From Spongospora subterranea f. sp. subterranea (Eukaryota), in contig JAUGWO010000104.1 in NCBI GenBank assembly GCA_049724395.1, positions 124,001 to 151,915 of the forward strand: DNA of 27,915 nt. Direction: 5' to 3'. Below are positions 1 through 12,047 of the stretch, piece after piece. Position 1 is the stretch's first letter, and each line of letters starts with the position of its first letter. A program made the position numbers and the translations under genes. The notes under the pieces were generated by a model. That model saw nothing but the letters and a program-made list of their open reading frames with translations, searched no databases and was not told the origin of the DNA.

Positions 1-859
1 CCTTCGATCGTGGCGTAATCGTGAGCACTTTCTGAAAGCTTCCCAGCTCTAATCGTGAGCAGTATATCGATTATTGACGCACCTGACTGGTGACAAGGCT
101 GCGGCGGCGGGCTCAGTTAAATATCGCCATAACCATGGCTGGCCCATCAGTCGGTTTCATTTCGAGTCAGGTGTATTTGATTGGATTTACGGCTATGAAG
201 ATGAGGCAACTGTCGCAAAGATTCGTGTATTTGTTGGCTGAGTGTAATCTTTTCGGTTTGTTTTTCGAGTCCTTAGCAAGATTGTCGTCCTCAATGCTGT
301 AGGGTTTTGAGTAGTTTTTTTGTTCTTGGTGGGTACATTGGTTTATTTGAGTTTGATGGTTCCGTGGTATTATCGTGTTCTGCTTGTTTCAATGTTCTGC
401 TTGGGCCTGTTGCCATACGAGAGTTGTCCACATTCCTTTTCGTTGCGATGTGCTGTGTTGAGTTGGAGCCACGTTTTTGTTGCAGAATTGCGCCCCCTCT
501 GGATCGCTCCCGTAAATCAACCCTGACATTTGGATCGCTTTCAGAGCACAGATTCCTATCACAACAACGCCTTTGACTACATACGGCATCTCGTTGGATA
601 AACAAATTAAATGAAATCGAATCTGTTTTGTAACTGCGTCATGCCTTCTGTCGAAATTGTGATGGATCTGTGATACGTTCGATGCATTTAGAGTTTCTGA
701 AGACGTTTGTTTGAGGTGGCTCATGAATGTATACTTCTTTGCGGCTTGCTCTGGTTGCCACAGGATAGACTGTTTTGTCTGAGGGGTTTGCGTTTAGTTT
801 AGTTTGTGACAAGAGCGGCACTTCGATCAACTTCATAGTGAAGTCCATAGATGTCCTCA

Positions 860-1140
860 TTTCAATAAAGAGTGCCAACAGTGTGCAATCCATGCAATAT
901 ATCATAATTTTTGTGTAGGGACCGTTACTATATTGAAAGTGTTCAATTATTGTTTCCACAATGGTTGAGGGGGCATAAGTTCTCCAGGTGGCTTTGGGCA
1001 TCTCAGGATTTGCACTCATTCGGCGGTTCCGATTCTCGCTCTCCAGTCGATTCGTTGGCAATTGTGGCATACATTGCTAATGTGTTTATTAGGTTCCGCC
1101 TCTGCATATTGTGATGCAACTACAGTACCCGATGTCTGAT
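860..1140 (-). pseudogene. Degenerate gag/LINE ORF1-like region with tandem CCHC zinc-knuckle relics
   Basis: Manual minus-strand translation across frames gives VCHNCQRI (~1069), CKS*DAQSHLENLC (1014-973, exact CX2CX4HX4C spacing with TGA at Cys2) and YCMDCTLL..HSLLK* (~897-860, with a frameshift). No intact ORF. Confidence 0.35.
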
Positions 1141-2567
1141 TTGCATGAGCTCAAAAATTGTTTGTCTTTGCATTTGTTGAAGTAAATGGACTGGTGTAGT
1201 TTGAAGCGGCAAATCAAGAGTAGTCGGAACACAAACTGGTTGCCAAATCACGTCGAACCCGAAGTCAATCGTAATCGAAAGGTCCACCAAAAAACGTGTT
1301 GGTCGAATCGAAAGATCGCTGACGAAAGTAATATAAAAGCAGAGGAAGGACGTGCAAATATTGGCAAAGAAAGTTGGGAATGGAAGTTGATGAAGGGTTT
1401 TGGGATTATCCTGTGCCCAAACTGGTAAGTAAAGGCCAGTATAGGCACTGGATAATTCCATAACCCTACTCCAACTTCCTAACAAATGTGACGACCGAGC
1501 TTGAGGCGAATCAATCGACATAGTTTGCTGAAAGCCATAACTGAATCAAAACAACCCTTTGCAGCGTCTGAAAATCATTGTGAAAAAGCCGCTACATCAG
1601 ACCGGAGAGCTGAATCCGAAACGAACAGGGATCGACGCTCAAGTCCTCGTAAACATTGAGTTATTAAGGTCAAACGGCCGTTTGAGTGTTGTGCTTGAGG
1701 GCCAGATAATATGCCCGAAACAAGGGGAATAATTCTCCCTGATCCGGCCAAATATCATTGGATAATATACGGGACACAACTTGACTGGAATGGCTCGTGA
1801 GACTTGGTTGTATTCGTTCGTAGCGCCTTCACAAGCAAACTGACAGTTTGTCGGCAGTACTTGAACGTGTTTGGTGAGTAATTATGATGACGACTCCAAT
1901 TCAACCTCAATCCTTATTCAGAGCTGGAAATTTCAATTCAAGATTAACCCTTAGCCTGACCATGGAAATAATGGAGCATTTTCATTTAATTACTCAACTA
2001 TTAAGTTCGAGAATTACACATTTAACAGTTTGGAATTTCCTATTTCGACGTTTCTATAAAATCTTGGCAACAGTTCCTATGATCGCTTTTCAGATAAAGT
2101 TCAAGATCGTGCAACAAAAAGTTGGCGATAGAGCTGCACATGTTGCAGATGGACTCTGTCTTTCCATCATTCCATCACACGATGCACGTATCCTTGATGT
2201 GCTGATCAGTCCCGCCAGCCCTCGTCCAACCCAAGAGAACGGATTAACCGCAGGAGGAGGGTGTGTAGCGCCGTCACCATCTCCAATAATATCTCACCCG
2301 ATATCTCAACCATAAAGAGTCCCAGTCCCTCGTACAGTAACAAACCTCTCCACTTGCGCAACACCTATTTCACACAGAGAAACATGTTCCAGTAGGGTAA
2401 CGCTCGTCATTTTTGAGTGCGTAACACATGATTGGTAAAGTCGAAAGTTGGTCGGCCACGCAGTTGTTGTGGATCATTTGCGGGTGTAGACGGCGGTAGT
2501 CAGTGGGGCGTGGCCTGGTGTTCAGTGGACGAGCGGATCGGTTCCATTCATTTTGGGCCCCGAACTT

Positions 2568-3682
2568 ATGGCCGTCAACGGGCACCCGGCGAACATGGCC
2601 TCGCCTGTTCTGTCCCCTCCCGGCTCTAATCGTCCTCAGAATTCGGTGCCAGTGTTGACCAATCAAGTGGCACAGTTACGACATGAGAATTCCAGATTGC
2701 GGGCCTTACATGAGGACTCCCTGAGGAACCATGAAAAACAGGTCTGGCTACACCAATAGAGGCTCCACGATGCAAGTTTTTTCGCTCGAATTTGCTGTGA
2801 TTTAATTCACCGTCTAGAAAACTTGTGACACACTACATGAATTCACCGTGTTTTGACCAAATATTGTGTCGATTCCTCGCGAAGTAACACTTCGTGCACC
2901 AGTTTTTTCTATCATTCTGTTTTTGTGTTCCTCAAAATTCGCCTTATTTGTCCTATTTAGATTTATGCAGCTGAACTGACAATCAAAGCTCGGGAAACAG
3001 ATTTGGCACAATTATATCAACACTTACAGCAGTTAAATGCGGACTCAGACGCGAGCTCTGACATGCTGCTCGTGCCAAGTTTGAAGAGTTACAGTCGGCG
3101 AATGGCGCCGCGCTGTATGAGACGCGCCGTGAGCTGGAATCTGTCCAAAGTTACGCCGCTAGTGTCAATCTAGGGCTACAGGAAACCCAAGGTTTGCTTA
3201 GAGCTGCTGAGAAGTCCCTGGCGCAGCTTCGGCCAGAATTGTCGGCAGCCAACGACCATATTAAGGGTTTGACTACCGAAAATGTCCGTCTTCGTAAGCA
3301 AATGCAAAGCGCTGATGAACAGTTGCAAAACGTACAATCGAGCAAAGCAGCTATGCAGTCTGTGATCGCTCAAATGAAGGTGCAAATGCAGGAGGCAGAT
3401 GCGCAAGTGGCTAAGTTGGATGCTGAACTGGTCGCCGTCGATCGGACGAGGTTTGAATTCGAAACCGAATGTGTTCGTTTGAGGGAGGCCTTGCGTCTGG
3501 GCGATGCTGGAGGGATTGGACAGCAGCTCTATGCGGAAATCGAGAGGAGACGGGGTGCAGAGCACGAATTGGCCAGGCTCGATGGATATTGTCGTCATCT
3601 AAAGGACGAACTAGCCAAGGTTATGTCCCAACCTAGACCATACTCCTTAACCGAACCCCCTCCTAACGACCGTCGTCGATAA
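2568..3682 (+). CDS. Probable host gene, coiled-coil protein of unknown function (spliced; 5' end uncertain)
   Basis: Exon ..LRHENSRLRALHEDSLRNHEKQ ends at 2741, then a GT..AG intron 2742-2960 (pyrimidine-rich, TTTAG acceptor). The frame resumes IYAAELTIKARETDLAQLYQHLQQL, shifts by 1 nt near 3060, and continues as the E/Q/L/A-rich heptad ORF to TAA at 3682. Further upstream exons (2150-2560) are possible. Confidence 0.6.
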
Positions 3683-3750
3683 TACACTGGATCTGACATT
3701 ATCGTTTTCTGAGTTTAATTTTACTGGATTTCCTCCTTCAGCAAAGGAAG

Positions 3751-4010
3751 TGTTGCAGTTTTTCCCCCTGGCCCCTCCAAGTTCCCAAAGCTCTGCCAAG
3801 AATGACTTCTTGGCCATTCTTGTCAATTCCTTCCACTACGTGTAGCAATACACATCTGGCTCTATCAACGGATCTTCTTCGTCCCTCACAGTTTGACAAG
3901 AATTTCTCATTCCCGGTTCACGTACACCGCTACTCGCTCTTCATTCCGGTTTACGCACCGCCTCTCGTTCTCATTCCAGGTACCGCTTTCCGGTCTTCCT
4001 CATCGCCGGT
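3751..4010 (+). mobile_element. Relic 5' LTR (~3751-3890) plus PBS and leader of a Ty3/Gypsy related to the 16804 element
   Basis: TGT..ACA segment of ~140 bp followed by GTTTGACAAGAATT, identical to the LTR/PBS junction at 16952. It holds the same internal ATTCTTGTCAA 11-mer, and its leader has CGGTTTACGCACCG units like the 29-bp repeat. Confidence 0.65.
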
Positions 4011-4109
4011 ACAGACTCGGAGGGAGCGATCCTGGTCTGACATGGAGACAGCGAGGAGATAAAATTAACGGGAGAGAGACTGAGAGACAGTGGAAGGGGA
4101 AGTTCAGGA

Positions 4110-4220
4110 TGAGAGTAGCGGTGCGAAAACCGGGAACGGAAAGCGGTACGAAACCGGGAATGAGGAACGAGAGGCGGTGCGTAAACCGGGGGATTGGGGT
4201 TAGCGGTGCGTAAACCGGTT
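4110..4220 (-). repeat. Inverted copies of the Gypsy leader repeat (CCGGTTTACGCACCG units)
   Basis: Four GCGGTRCG(T/A)AA(A)CCGG-type units. ~4157-4189 is the near-perfect reverse complement of 3946-3977. Confidence 0.7.
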
Positions 4221-4603
4221 TAGACTGCGCAAGTCACCCATCGAAATGATGACGATCGAAATCGAGTCTTATGAAGGGTTGGAGTTGAGAAGACGGTTGC
4301 AGTTCCATTTGCTTGAGGTCGTGGTCGGCCATCAACGCGGGTCTTCTGAACTAAACGAGACTAAAGAGTTGATCAATTTGGGAAGTGAGTTTATTCAGCA
4401 GATGATTGCCTGATTGCCCGTTGATCCATCAATTGGTCACAGCATCACAGTGGCTGGAAAGTCCGGCCGGAGAGCCCTCCCCGTCGCCAAGCTCCGCCGA
4501 GCGACATCATCACTGTCATGACCGCAGCTCGACTACTCAGTACTCAACGGTAATCTCAACAGTAGTCAACTATTAGTCTATCACCATTGGTGGTGTTGGA
4601 GGG

Positions 4604-5108
4604 ATGCACAGTGGAGTCTTCTCCTGTGATACTCCTACCAAATGGAGACCGTTGACTGACAACAAAATTTCTCACCAATGGGGAAAACCTGGTTTTACCT
4701 ATTGGAGACAACTGTGGCTTTACATAACCGTCAAAAGTTATCTAAGACACGGGATTCGAACACAGCTGATTTATCAGCATTTGAGCATACCGATCTATTG
4801 TCATTTATTGTTAATTTACTGTTATTGGAATTTGGATATTTTAATATGGTGGCAATTGCCTATCCATAGGAATAAGGAAGAGTTTACTGATAGGAACTGG
4901 GAAATGTACCATTTTCGTAGGATAGAAAAGCCAATATACTGCAGTTTGGATCAGCAGAAGGCAAAGAGATCGGAAGTTAAAACCCAACGAAACGAAATGG
5001 AAAGACAGAAAAACTACAGGAAAACAACAACTAGACCCAAATCAAAAACGACTAAACAAAGCAAAACTCAACTAAATAATAACAAGGCAAGACACAACAC
5101 ACACACAC
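4604..5108 (+). pseudogene. Possible 3' end of an L1-like non-LTR retrotransposon
   Basis: H..VFSC....W and IWWQLPIHRNKEEF resemble L1-clade ORF2 C-terminal motifs (HxFxxC..W; WWxIWxxRNxxxF). An A-rich tract (4980-5090) and a (CA)n tail follow. Confidence 0.3.
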
Positions 5109-5190
5109 CCGGGGTTTGTCCGTTTGACTGCAAATTAACCTGGAATTGTTCAATTGTTCTTGTCTTCTATTTTCCCGGGAGGTATTTCTG

Positions 5191-5241
5191 TCAGTCGACT
5201 GATAAAAGGCCACGCAAAAGGCCACGCATCAGTCGACTGAT
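5191..5241. repeat. Palindrome / direct repeat / palindrome cassette
   Basis: TCAGTCGACTGA (5191-5202), AAAAGGCCACGC twice (5204-5227), ATCAGTCGACTGAT (5228-5241). Confidence 0.85.
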
Positions 5242-5767
5242 GTGATCAGTCGCTGGTGTACAACATGCGCACTGTCAGGTTTGACTTTAGAGTGCGTGTG
5301 ATCTTGTTCATGAATATCCGCCATTGCCACTTCGTCGTGTTCTTGAGTATAACAACAATGCGGATGGTTTTGTTCGTTTCCAGTGTAACAGGGCCGAGGG
5401 CAAACGGTGATCCCTTTGCAATATGTTCCGCATGCACTTTTCGACATTGTTTTTGAGCTGAGTTATAGATCGAGAAATTCCTTCTCGATGGCAAACTCGA
5501 CATCATTCATTGTTCCCAGTCTCCCTGTTAGAAATGAATTTGATCACCGCATTTTATTCAGAATGTGTTATGAAGACAGCATCAAATTATACATCAAGAC
5601 TATATACTCCTAGTAATTTTTACAATTGTTCGCGCCTCATAAGCTCTGTCAATGGGACGGATCTAGCAACAAAGTGTCTGAAAACACTTATTGAAATTCT
5701 GACCAAAGCAAGGTTCTTAAAATTTACCGATTTTACAAAGCCAGTGATTATGATGAATAATCCTGCT

Positions 5768-7179
5768 TTACTCGCAAATTGCCCTTAAAGTAGTTTCTTT
5801 GCTTGAAAGTAAAACTTCACTACTTGCTTCTTCAATGTCGTCGCCATAGTCAAAAATGCGGTGCATTGCTTCATTCAGCATTTGGGAGTCGATATCTGAA
5901 AATTCAGGTGCTTTGATTAGCTTCGGTTCCTCAGCATTTGTTTTCTCACGCTGTCGTAGTGGGCATTTCGAGCTATTTGACCTGTGGTTGTCCAGCTGAA
6001 CACGATTTTCACGCCTGCACCTGGTGCATCCCTTCTGTACCTTGGCTGATCGTTTCGTTAGACGCGAATGATTACTAACGTCCGCATTCGGTGCTAGAAC
6101 TGAAAAGACATAGGTCCCTTCAACTGCCAATGAAGTTTCAAGACCTTCTTGGACGATCGTGCATTCAGCAGTTGGTTATTGCTAAACGAGTTCGCCTGAA
6201 AATTGGGAGATCGTGTCGCGAAAGCAACAAGATGCTTGAAATCCGACATGAGTGTGATGAAACGAGTGGCTTCATCTCGTGGATAAGTGATTTGAGCATA
6301 TGCATCAGCGACAACGTCATATTGATCATTCATTGATTGTGGTTGGATCCGACCACGTTTCTGAAGGAGTTGCACTGATCAAATTCAGTCTAACAAGTGG
6401 AAACAATGGAATTTGTTAGACTGAATTTGATCAGTGCATTTCAATGGCACTTGTTAGACTGAATTTGATCAGTGCATTTCCTTCAGAAAGTGGTCGGATC
6501 CAACCACAAGCAATGAATGAATAGAGAGTCAACCAATGTGTTGATCATGAGAAGCATTCCGTAGGTACCATCATTAATGAACATGTCACCGAATTCGCTG
6601 ATATAGGGCAACATGGAAGGGATTGCAACTATCAATCAATAGATGCATATCAGACCAATTCGGAAATCGAAAATCTCACCGGCTTGACGATATTGGTTAC
6701 CCAAATTTATCAGTTTGCTAACGGAATCCGGGTCGCAGCCGAACTTGCTTTGGTATCCTTTTTTGAGTAACCGACCAAGTAAGCGACCGTCGTAATCGTG
6801 GTCTGACGACCTGGCACGCATTGCCCCCCTGGCTTTAGAAACGCTGATTGATATTGCGCCCAACTCCATCACGTACTGCTGATCCGCCAGAGAAATCTCG
6901 GGTTCTCTCAATGAAAATTCTTTGGGCGGCTCGCACTTGATCTTTTCAGTATATGATTATGTCGGCAATGAGTCAGTTTGGGAACTATTTCAACCGGATT
7001 CACAAGAGAGTTGAATCGAAACTGAACTCGGTTGCGATCTGAACCTTCGGCCATGTCGGATTTTTTGCATTGAAAGCAATACAAGTGCCCTCGCCGGACA
7101 ACATTTTCAAATGTGATATCCCCAAAACATTGGCGAAATTCATCTTCGGTAAAGTTTCGGAAGTTTTTCGCTACTGTAG
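5768..7179 (-). pseudogene. Disrupted Mutator-like (MULE/FAR1-type) transposase
   Basis: Minus strand reads YCFQC...QFRF...HCRHNH (WRKY/FAR1-like Zn finger, 7080-6953), then EFGDMFINDGTYG..NTLVDSL (first catalytic Asp motif, ~6596-6525), and a C-terminal CTRC...H...CP knuckle (~6030-5960). It has stops and frameshifts, the rest of the DDE core is missing, and the 5' end is cut by the Gypsy LTR at 7180. Confidence 0.65.
6326..6520. repeat. Foldback / MITE-like long inverted repeat
   Basis: Arms 6326-6399 and 6448-6520 are reverse complements with about 3 mismatches and a 1-nt gap. The loop holds an extra copy of TTGTTAGACTGAATTTGATCAGTGCATT (from 6414). Confidence 0.9.
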
Positions 7180-7285
7180 TGTACAGAACTGCAGCCCTAT
7201 ATGCACTTACGGACCTACTTAAGCCACCGAATAAAACCAGTTCTGTTTACTATTGCCAACCTAATAGTCAGCCGGACACTGCACA
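7180..7285 (+). repeat. Gypsy-1 5' LTR (106 bp)
   Basis: TGTACAG...CTGCACA terminal inverted repeat and AATAAA at 7230. The sequence recurs at 12048 and 13225, each time after a PPT. Confidence 0.85.
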
Positions 7286-7450
7286 AAACGTTTTATAGCA
7301 GACTACCTGGCATCCAGCTTTGCCAGACGAACTTGCAAACAGGCGACAAACCCACGCCCCGAAGTTCATGGCCCAAACCAGGAGCATGGGCGCCGATTCC
7401 GATCAGGGTGCCAACCCTGCCTATCCACAACCAGAATTCATAGCCGAGCA

Positions 7451-8990
7451 TTGATTGTCATAGCCGGCCAGACACCAATATTTTTTCCCTTAAAACCACC
7501 GATCATCAAGGCTTTTGACCCCAAGGCGATCGCTGTATTTCGCCGAGGACGCGAATCGTATCTGGCGCTAATCACAGAACGGAGGGAATTACATGGCGAC
7601 AAAGTCCAAGCAAACTCAAAGCAATATCCAAATATGTTTTAAAAAAGCCAGTTGACCAGCTTACGGAATCAGACCTGGATGTGTACCTTAAGAAGCTGCA
7701 AGAACAAGCGACTGAGCATTGCCACGAGGCTACAATTAGGAAACAAATCATCATGAACCTGTCGCTCAAAAACCCTGCGGAACGAGTTCTAGCTTATTTC
7801 GCCAAATTTGACGATTTTATTGCAGATAACGGCCTAGAGCTTGTGTTCAAGGACGACGAAGGAATCAAGCTAAAAATTAAATACCTACGTGCCGAGTTCG
7901 ACCAGCAACCCTACACGACATGATTGAGCACGCGATCTCATTTGGCGACCTTCAAAAGGCGAAAAGCGATGAAGCTGATTTTTTTGACTTGCTCACATCA
8001 AAAGCGAAACAACAGCATGAAGTACACCAACTGACTGAAGGACAGAAAAGTCGCACGATGAAAACTATCGAAAAGTCCAAATCGTTGAAACCGAACATGC
8101 CGAATTTACAACAAAAATGCGGATCCGTTGTCGAAAACCGCAATTCAACCGAATCATAGCGGAATCTCAGCTACGTCACTGAAGCGATATGGCAGTCGAG
8201 ACCCTCCAGATGGTGGTTGTCTACATTGTGGCGGAAAACATTGGCTACAAGTATGCACTAAATGTATCCCTGAGGAGCGCAAAGCCGCGTTCGATAAGCT
8301 GAACCTCACGAAAGCAAATATGCAGTCTAAGAAACTTGTTCCAACATCTGATTATTGCGTTAGTAACCGTGTGTTGATTCAGGATAAGATTCACCTCCCG
8401 TTCGAATTGGACGATGGGTCTTATAAGACTACTATCTGCCGCCAGATGTTAGATATGGTTACTGATAAAGTTCCAGTCATGATTCAAACAATCACGCCAC
8501 CACTAAAGTGCAAACTAGCTACAAGCGATAGTTTTGCAACAATCAGGCAAGTGGCATGGATTTAGATTTAACGTTATCAACAAAAGCAGGTACCGTAAAT
8601 TTCCGTTCAACTGCTGTTAACGTCGTGGACGAAGACATGGAGACTGTTCTTATTGGAAAGCCGGAACTACGAAAGCTAGGAATCGATCCCGAACTCCTGC
8701 TGGATGAGATTCTCAAAGAAGCCAGCGACAACAACATTACTATTGGCCCAGATCCACATGAACCCGCTGACAGTGATCGCGCACCGATTCAGTCAAAGCG
8801 AATGACCGAACAAGATCCTGAGTATCCTGAACCTGGATTTGATTACATTATTCCAATAGGAGATGAGGATAAGTTTGAGACTGATTTAGCTATCAAGAAT
8901 ATGGTGGATAGAGCGATAAAGAGTGGTATACCAGCAACGCGCAATGAACTTACTACGTTAGTTTCAGATATGATATTTGGCGTACGAGTC
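7451..8990 (+). pseudogene. gag: Gypsy-1 gag and aspartic protease (several frameshifts)
   Basis: Consecutive ORF fragments. Knuckle CLHCGGKHWLQVC (8218-8256), protease-like LDDGSYKTTI and VLIGKPELRKLGI. Confidence 0.75.
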
Positions 8991-9100
8991 TTGGAAACGA
9001 TCCTCCCGCTAAAGTTTCTGCTCAGAAGCTACATCGTAAACCTGGTGCAACGCATTTTCGCTGTAAGCTCCGTCGATATCCTATTCCATACCAAGAATTC

Positions 9101-10732
9101 ATGCATGCGCATACAAATGCACTTGAAAAGAATAATTATATCTACAGAAACCCACAGAGTCGAGACGCTTCCGCCGCCCTAGTTATTCCAAAACCGGACA
9201 AAAGAGGTTATAGGATGACAGTCGACACTGTGGAAATCAACAAGCAGATCGAGCCTATTATCTGGCCCATGCCTCATATAGACATCATTCTAGGTTATCT
9301 TCGTGATGCTACATCGTATATCTTATTAGATTGTTTTAAAGGCTATTGGCAGTTCCCATTGCACTTAGACTCCCAAGAAATGTGTTCTTTCATGACGCAC
9401 GAAGCAGTATTCACACCGCGTCGCTTAATTCAAGGGATCATTGACTCAGTTGCAACATTTCAATCAGGGATGCAACAAGTTTTGGGTGATTTATTGTACA
9501 AATGCGCTCTCTTATGGCTTGACGATGTACTAGCATATGCAAACAAGAATTCTCCAATGACACATATGATTGTGCTCAGCAAAGTCCTTCTCGAAATGGC
9601 GAAAAGAGGTATCAAATGTAATCCCGATCGATGCAATCTTTATGCCGAAACAGTCAAATGGGCTGGTCATAACATTTCGCCTGAAGGAGTCACATATGAC
9701 AATTCTTTTATTCAAGCTCTTTTGGACATGCAGCCCCCAATTCATGGCGATGACCTACAACAATTCGTCTGTGCCCTAAACTGGATTCGGAAGAGTATAC
9801 CTAATTTCAATGAACTAACACATCCTCTCCAAGATCTCCTCCTGAGGACTACACGAACGGTGCAAAGCTGTAAGAAAACCGTGCTGCGACGTATCCGATT
9901 AGCAGATATTGGATGGAATGCATCACACCAAGAATCTTTCAAAATGATAAAGGAATGTGTTGCTGGTCTTACGAGGCTTGCTCATCCGAAAAGCGACTGG
10001 TTAACATGCTTATTTCCCGATGCTTCTCAAGATTTTTGGTCGGCTGTCCTGACACAGATTCCTCCTGAAGATATAAATCTACCGCTCACCGAACAACGAC
10101 ACGAATTGCTAGCATGCCTTTCTGGCACTTTTCGCGCTAATAGCCTCAGATGGGCTATCATAGAAAAAGAAGCGTATCCTATTATCGAAGGTATATTCCG
10201 CCTTCGTCATTTCTTGATAGGATCGAACCCGGTCCGAATTCATACGGATCATCGGAATTTAATGTATATATTCAACCCAATGAAGCGCTGCACCAATGTC
10301 GCGCGGCATACTGCGGACCGACTTGAGCGATGGCAACTCCAACTCGCAAACATTCCTTACATCATTGAACATGTTGAAGGAAACGAGAATGTTTGGGCAG
10401 ATCTTTTTACACGATGGGGAAAGTCAAAAATATCTATTGACGCTCAACTTAAAGCATTCAAGGCCCCAATCCTCATTCAACCCATTTCGAAGAATTTCAT
10501 CTGGCCATCTTTGCATGAAATTGCTACAGTTCAAGCAACGTATCTGTCTCATTCTGATGCTCAACACCTACCTAACATCTCGATCGATAATCAATCAATG
10601 CTGTGGGATGGTAGCGACCAGATATGGAAAACCGCTGAAGGAAAGTTGTGGATCCCAACCAATTCAGGTTCCAATCTTCGTCTCCGAATTTGCCATAATT
10701 GCACACAGCGGCCTATCAGGTCATCAAGCTAA
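9101..10732 (+). CDS. pol: Gypsy-1 reverse transcriptase and RNase H
   Basis: YRMTVD, LDCFKGYWQ, QG..DS, WLDD, KWAGH; RNase H motifs DAS, EKEA, TDHRNL, NVWAD. Confidence 0.95.
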   Translation: MHAHTNALEKNNYIYRNPQSRDASAALVIPKPDKRGYRMTVDTVEINKQIEPIIWPMPHIDIILGYLRDATSYILLDCFKGYWQFPLHLDSQEMCSFMTHEAVFTPRRLIQGIIDSVATFQSGMQQVLGDLLYKCALLWLDDVLAYANKNSPMTHMIVLSKVLLEMAKRGIKCNPDRCNLYAETVKWAGHNISPEGVTYDNSFIQALLDMQPPIHGDDLQQFVCALNWIRKSIPNFNELTHPLQDLLLRTTRTVQSCKKTVLRRIRLADIGWNASHQESFKMIKECVAGLTRLAHPKSDWLTCLFPDASQDFWSAVLTQIPPEDINLPLTEQRHELLACLSGTFRANSLRWAIIEKEAYPIIEGIFRLRHFLIGSNPVRIHTDHRNLMYIFNPMKRCTNVARHTADRLERWQLQLANIPYIIEHVEGNENVWADLFTRWGKSKISIDAQLKAFKAPILIQPISKNFIWPSLHEIATVQATYLSHSDAQHLPNISIDNQSMLWDGSDQIWKTAEGKLWIPTNSGSNLRLRICHNCTQRPIRSSS

Positions 10733-12029
10733 AGAACCAACACTCAAATCTATCGAAATCATTTTTTTGGTGGAAAAACATGAAGGAATTCGTTTCTAGC
10801 GTAGTTGAACGCTGTATCCATTGTGTTCGTCTCCGTGGAAAAGTTGTTCCAAGGCCCTTTGGCCATGCAATCCATGCATCCAGACCAACCAGGTCATCCA
10901 CTACGATTTTTTATTTATAGGAAAAGTACCGAAAAACCACTCACATTCTTTCGAGTACGTCCTGGTGTTAAAAGACGATCTAAGTCAATTTATTGAATTG
11001 ATCCCCTGCGAATCAGCCGATCATTACGTTACAGTTCATGGACTCATAGATTGGTTCAAGAGATTCGGAATCGTCTTTACCCATGTATCAGACCAAGGCA
11101 CACACTTTAAGAACCAAGTGGTGTCCGATCTATGCTCAAGACTTCACATTAGCCATCATTTCACGACAGCTTATACTCCTTGGGCAAACGGATCAGTAGA
11201 AGTTGTCAACAGGCTGCTCCTATTTGTTCTACGTGCCCTTATCTCCGAGTTCCGATTATCGTTTCATGATTGGCCCTGTCTCCTACCATTGGTCAATATG
11301 GCATTACTGAATCACCGCGTTCGCTCCCATATCGGCTATGCCCCTGTTACGATTATGACTGGCCTACAACCATCTACCTTAATCTCAACTATTTTTATTG
11401 AACGATTAGATAAGATTGCTGAAGTTTCGTTAACCCCAGAAGCAATCAACGAAATGACATGCGAGCTGAGGGACGCATGCGATCGTATTCATCGAAACGT
11501 CGAATCAAACGTAACGATTCAGCGTCAACAGTCACACAGGACACATTCCAAACGCCGGCAAGTTATTCCTATGAATTTTTGTATTGGCGATTACGTGCTA
11601 GTTGCGTCGAATCTTCATCGAAACACCCAGCATAAACTTCGCGGAGCGTGGCAGGGACCTTCACAAATCGTAGGAACCGTGAATGATCATGTTTACCAAG
11701 TTCAGGACTTAATTACAAAAGCCATTGAAAATGTGCATGCGGTAAGACTGAAACTTTACGACGATTCCAGCCTCAACGTAACTGAAGAGCTGTACAACCA
11801 AGTAGCTCATGACGGACAAATTATGTAGTTGAAGATTTGCGAGACATTCGGCGCGAAAAGCAACAACTCTGGTGACATCGAGGTGCAAGTTGTGTGGAGT
11901 GGATTTGAAGCCCAGGATACAACTTGGGAGCCGTTCGAAAACCTGAAAGATGATGTTCCCGTTCTTCTGAAAAACTTTTTACAGGCCCGAACAGACCCAC
12001 TATCCATAGGCTGCAGCAACCTGAACTAA
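10699..12029 (+). pseudogene. pol: Gypsy-1 integrase (HHCC, DDE, GPY/F) and C-terminal chromodomain, frameshifted
   Basis: AHSGLSGH...CIHC; HYDF, SDQG, NGSVE; WQGPSQI; then EVQVVWSGFEAQDTTWEPFENLKDDVP (chromodomain-like W.GF...TWEP). Confidence 0.9.
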
Positions 12030-12047
12030 CCATTTAGACAGGGGGAA

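Noticed and set aside
90..724. Short overlapping ORFs as genes
   Set aside because: No recognisable motifs or consistent exon structure.
973..1014. UGA read as Cys (alternative genetic code)
   Set aside because: The region is degenerate with other stops and frameshifts, and long ORFs elsewhere use TGY for Cys.
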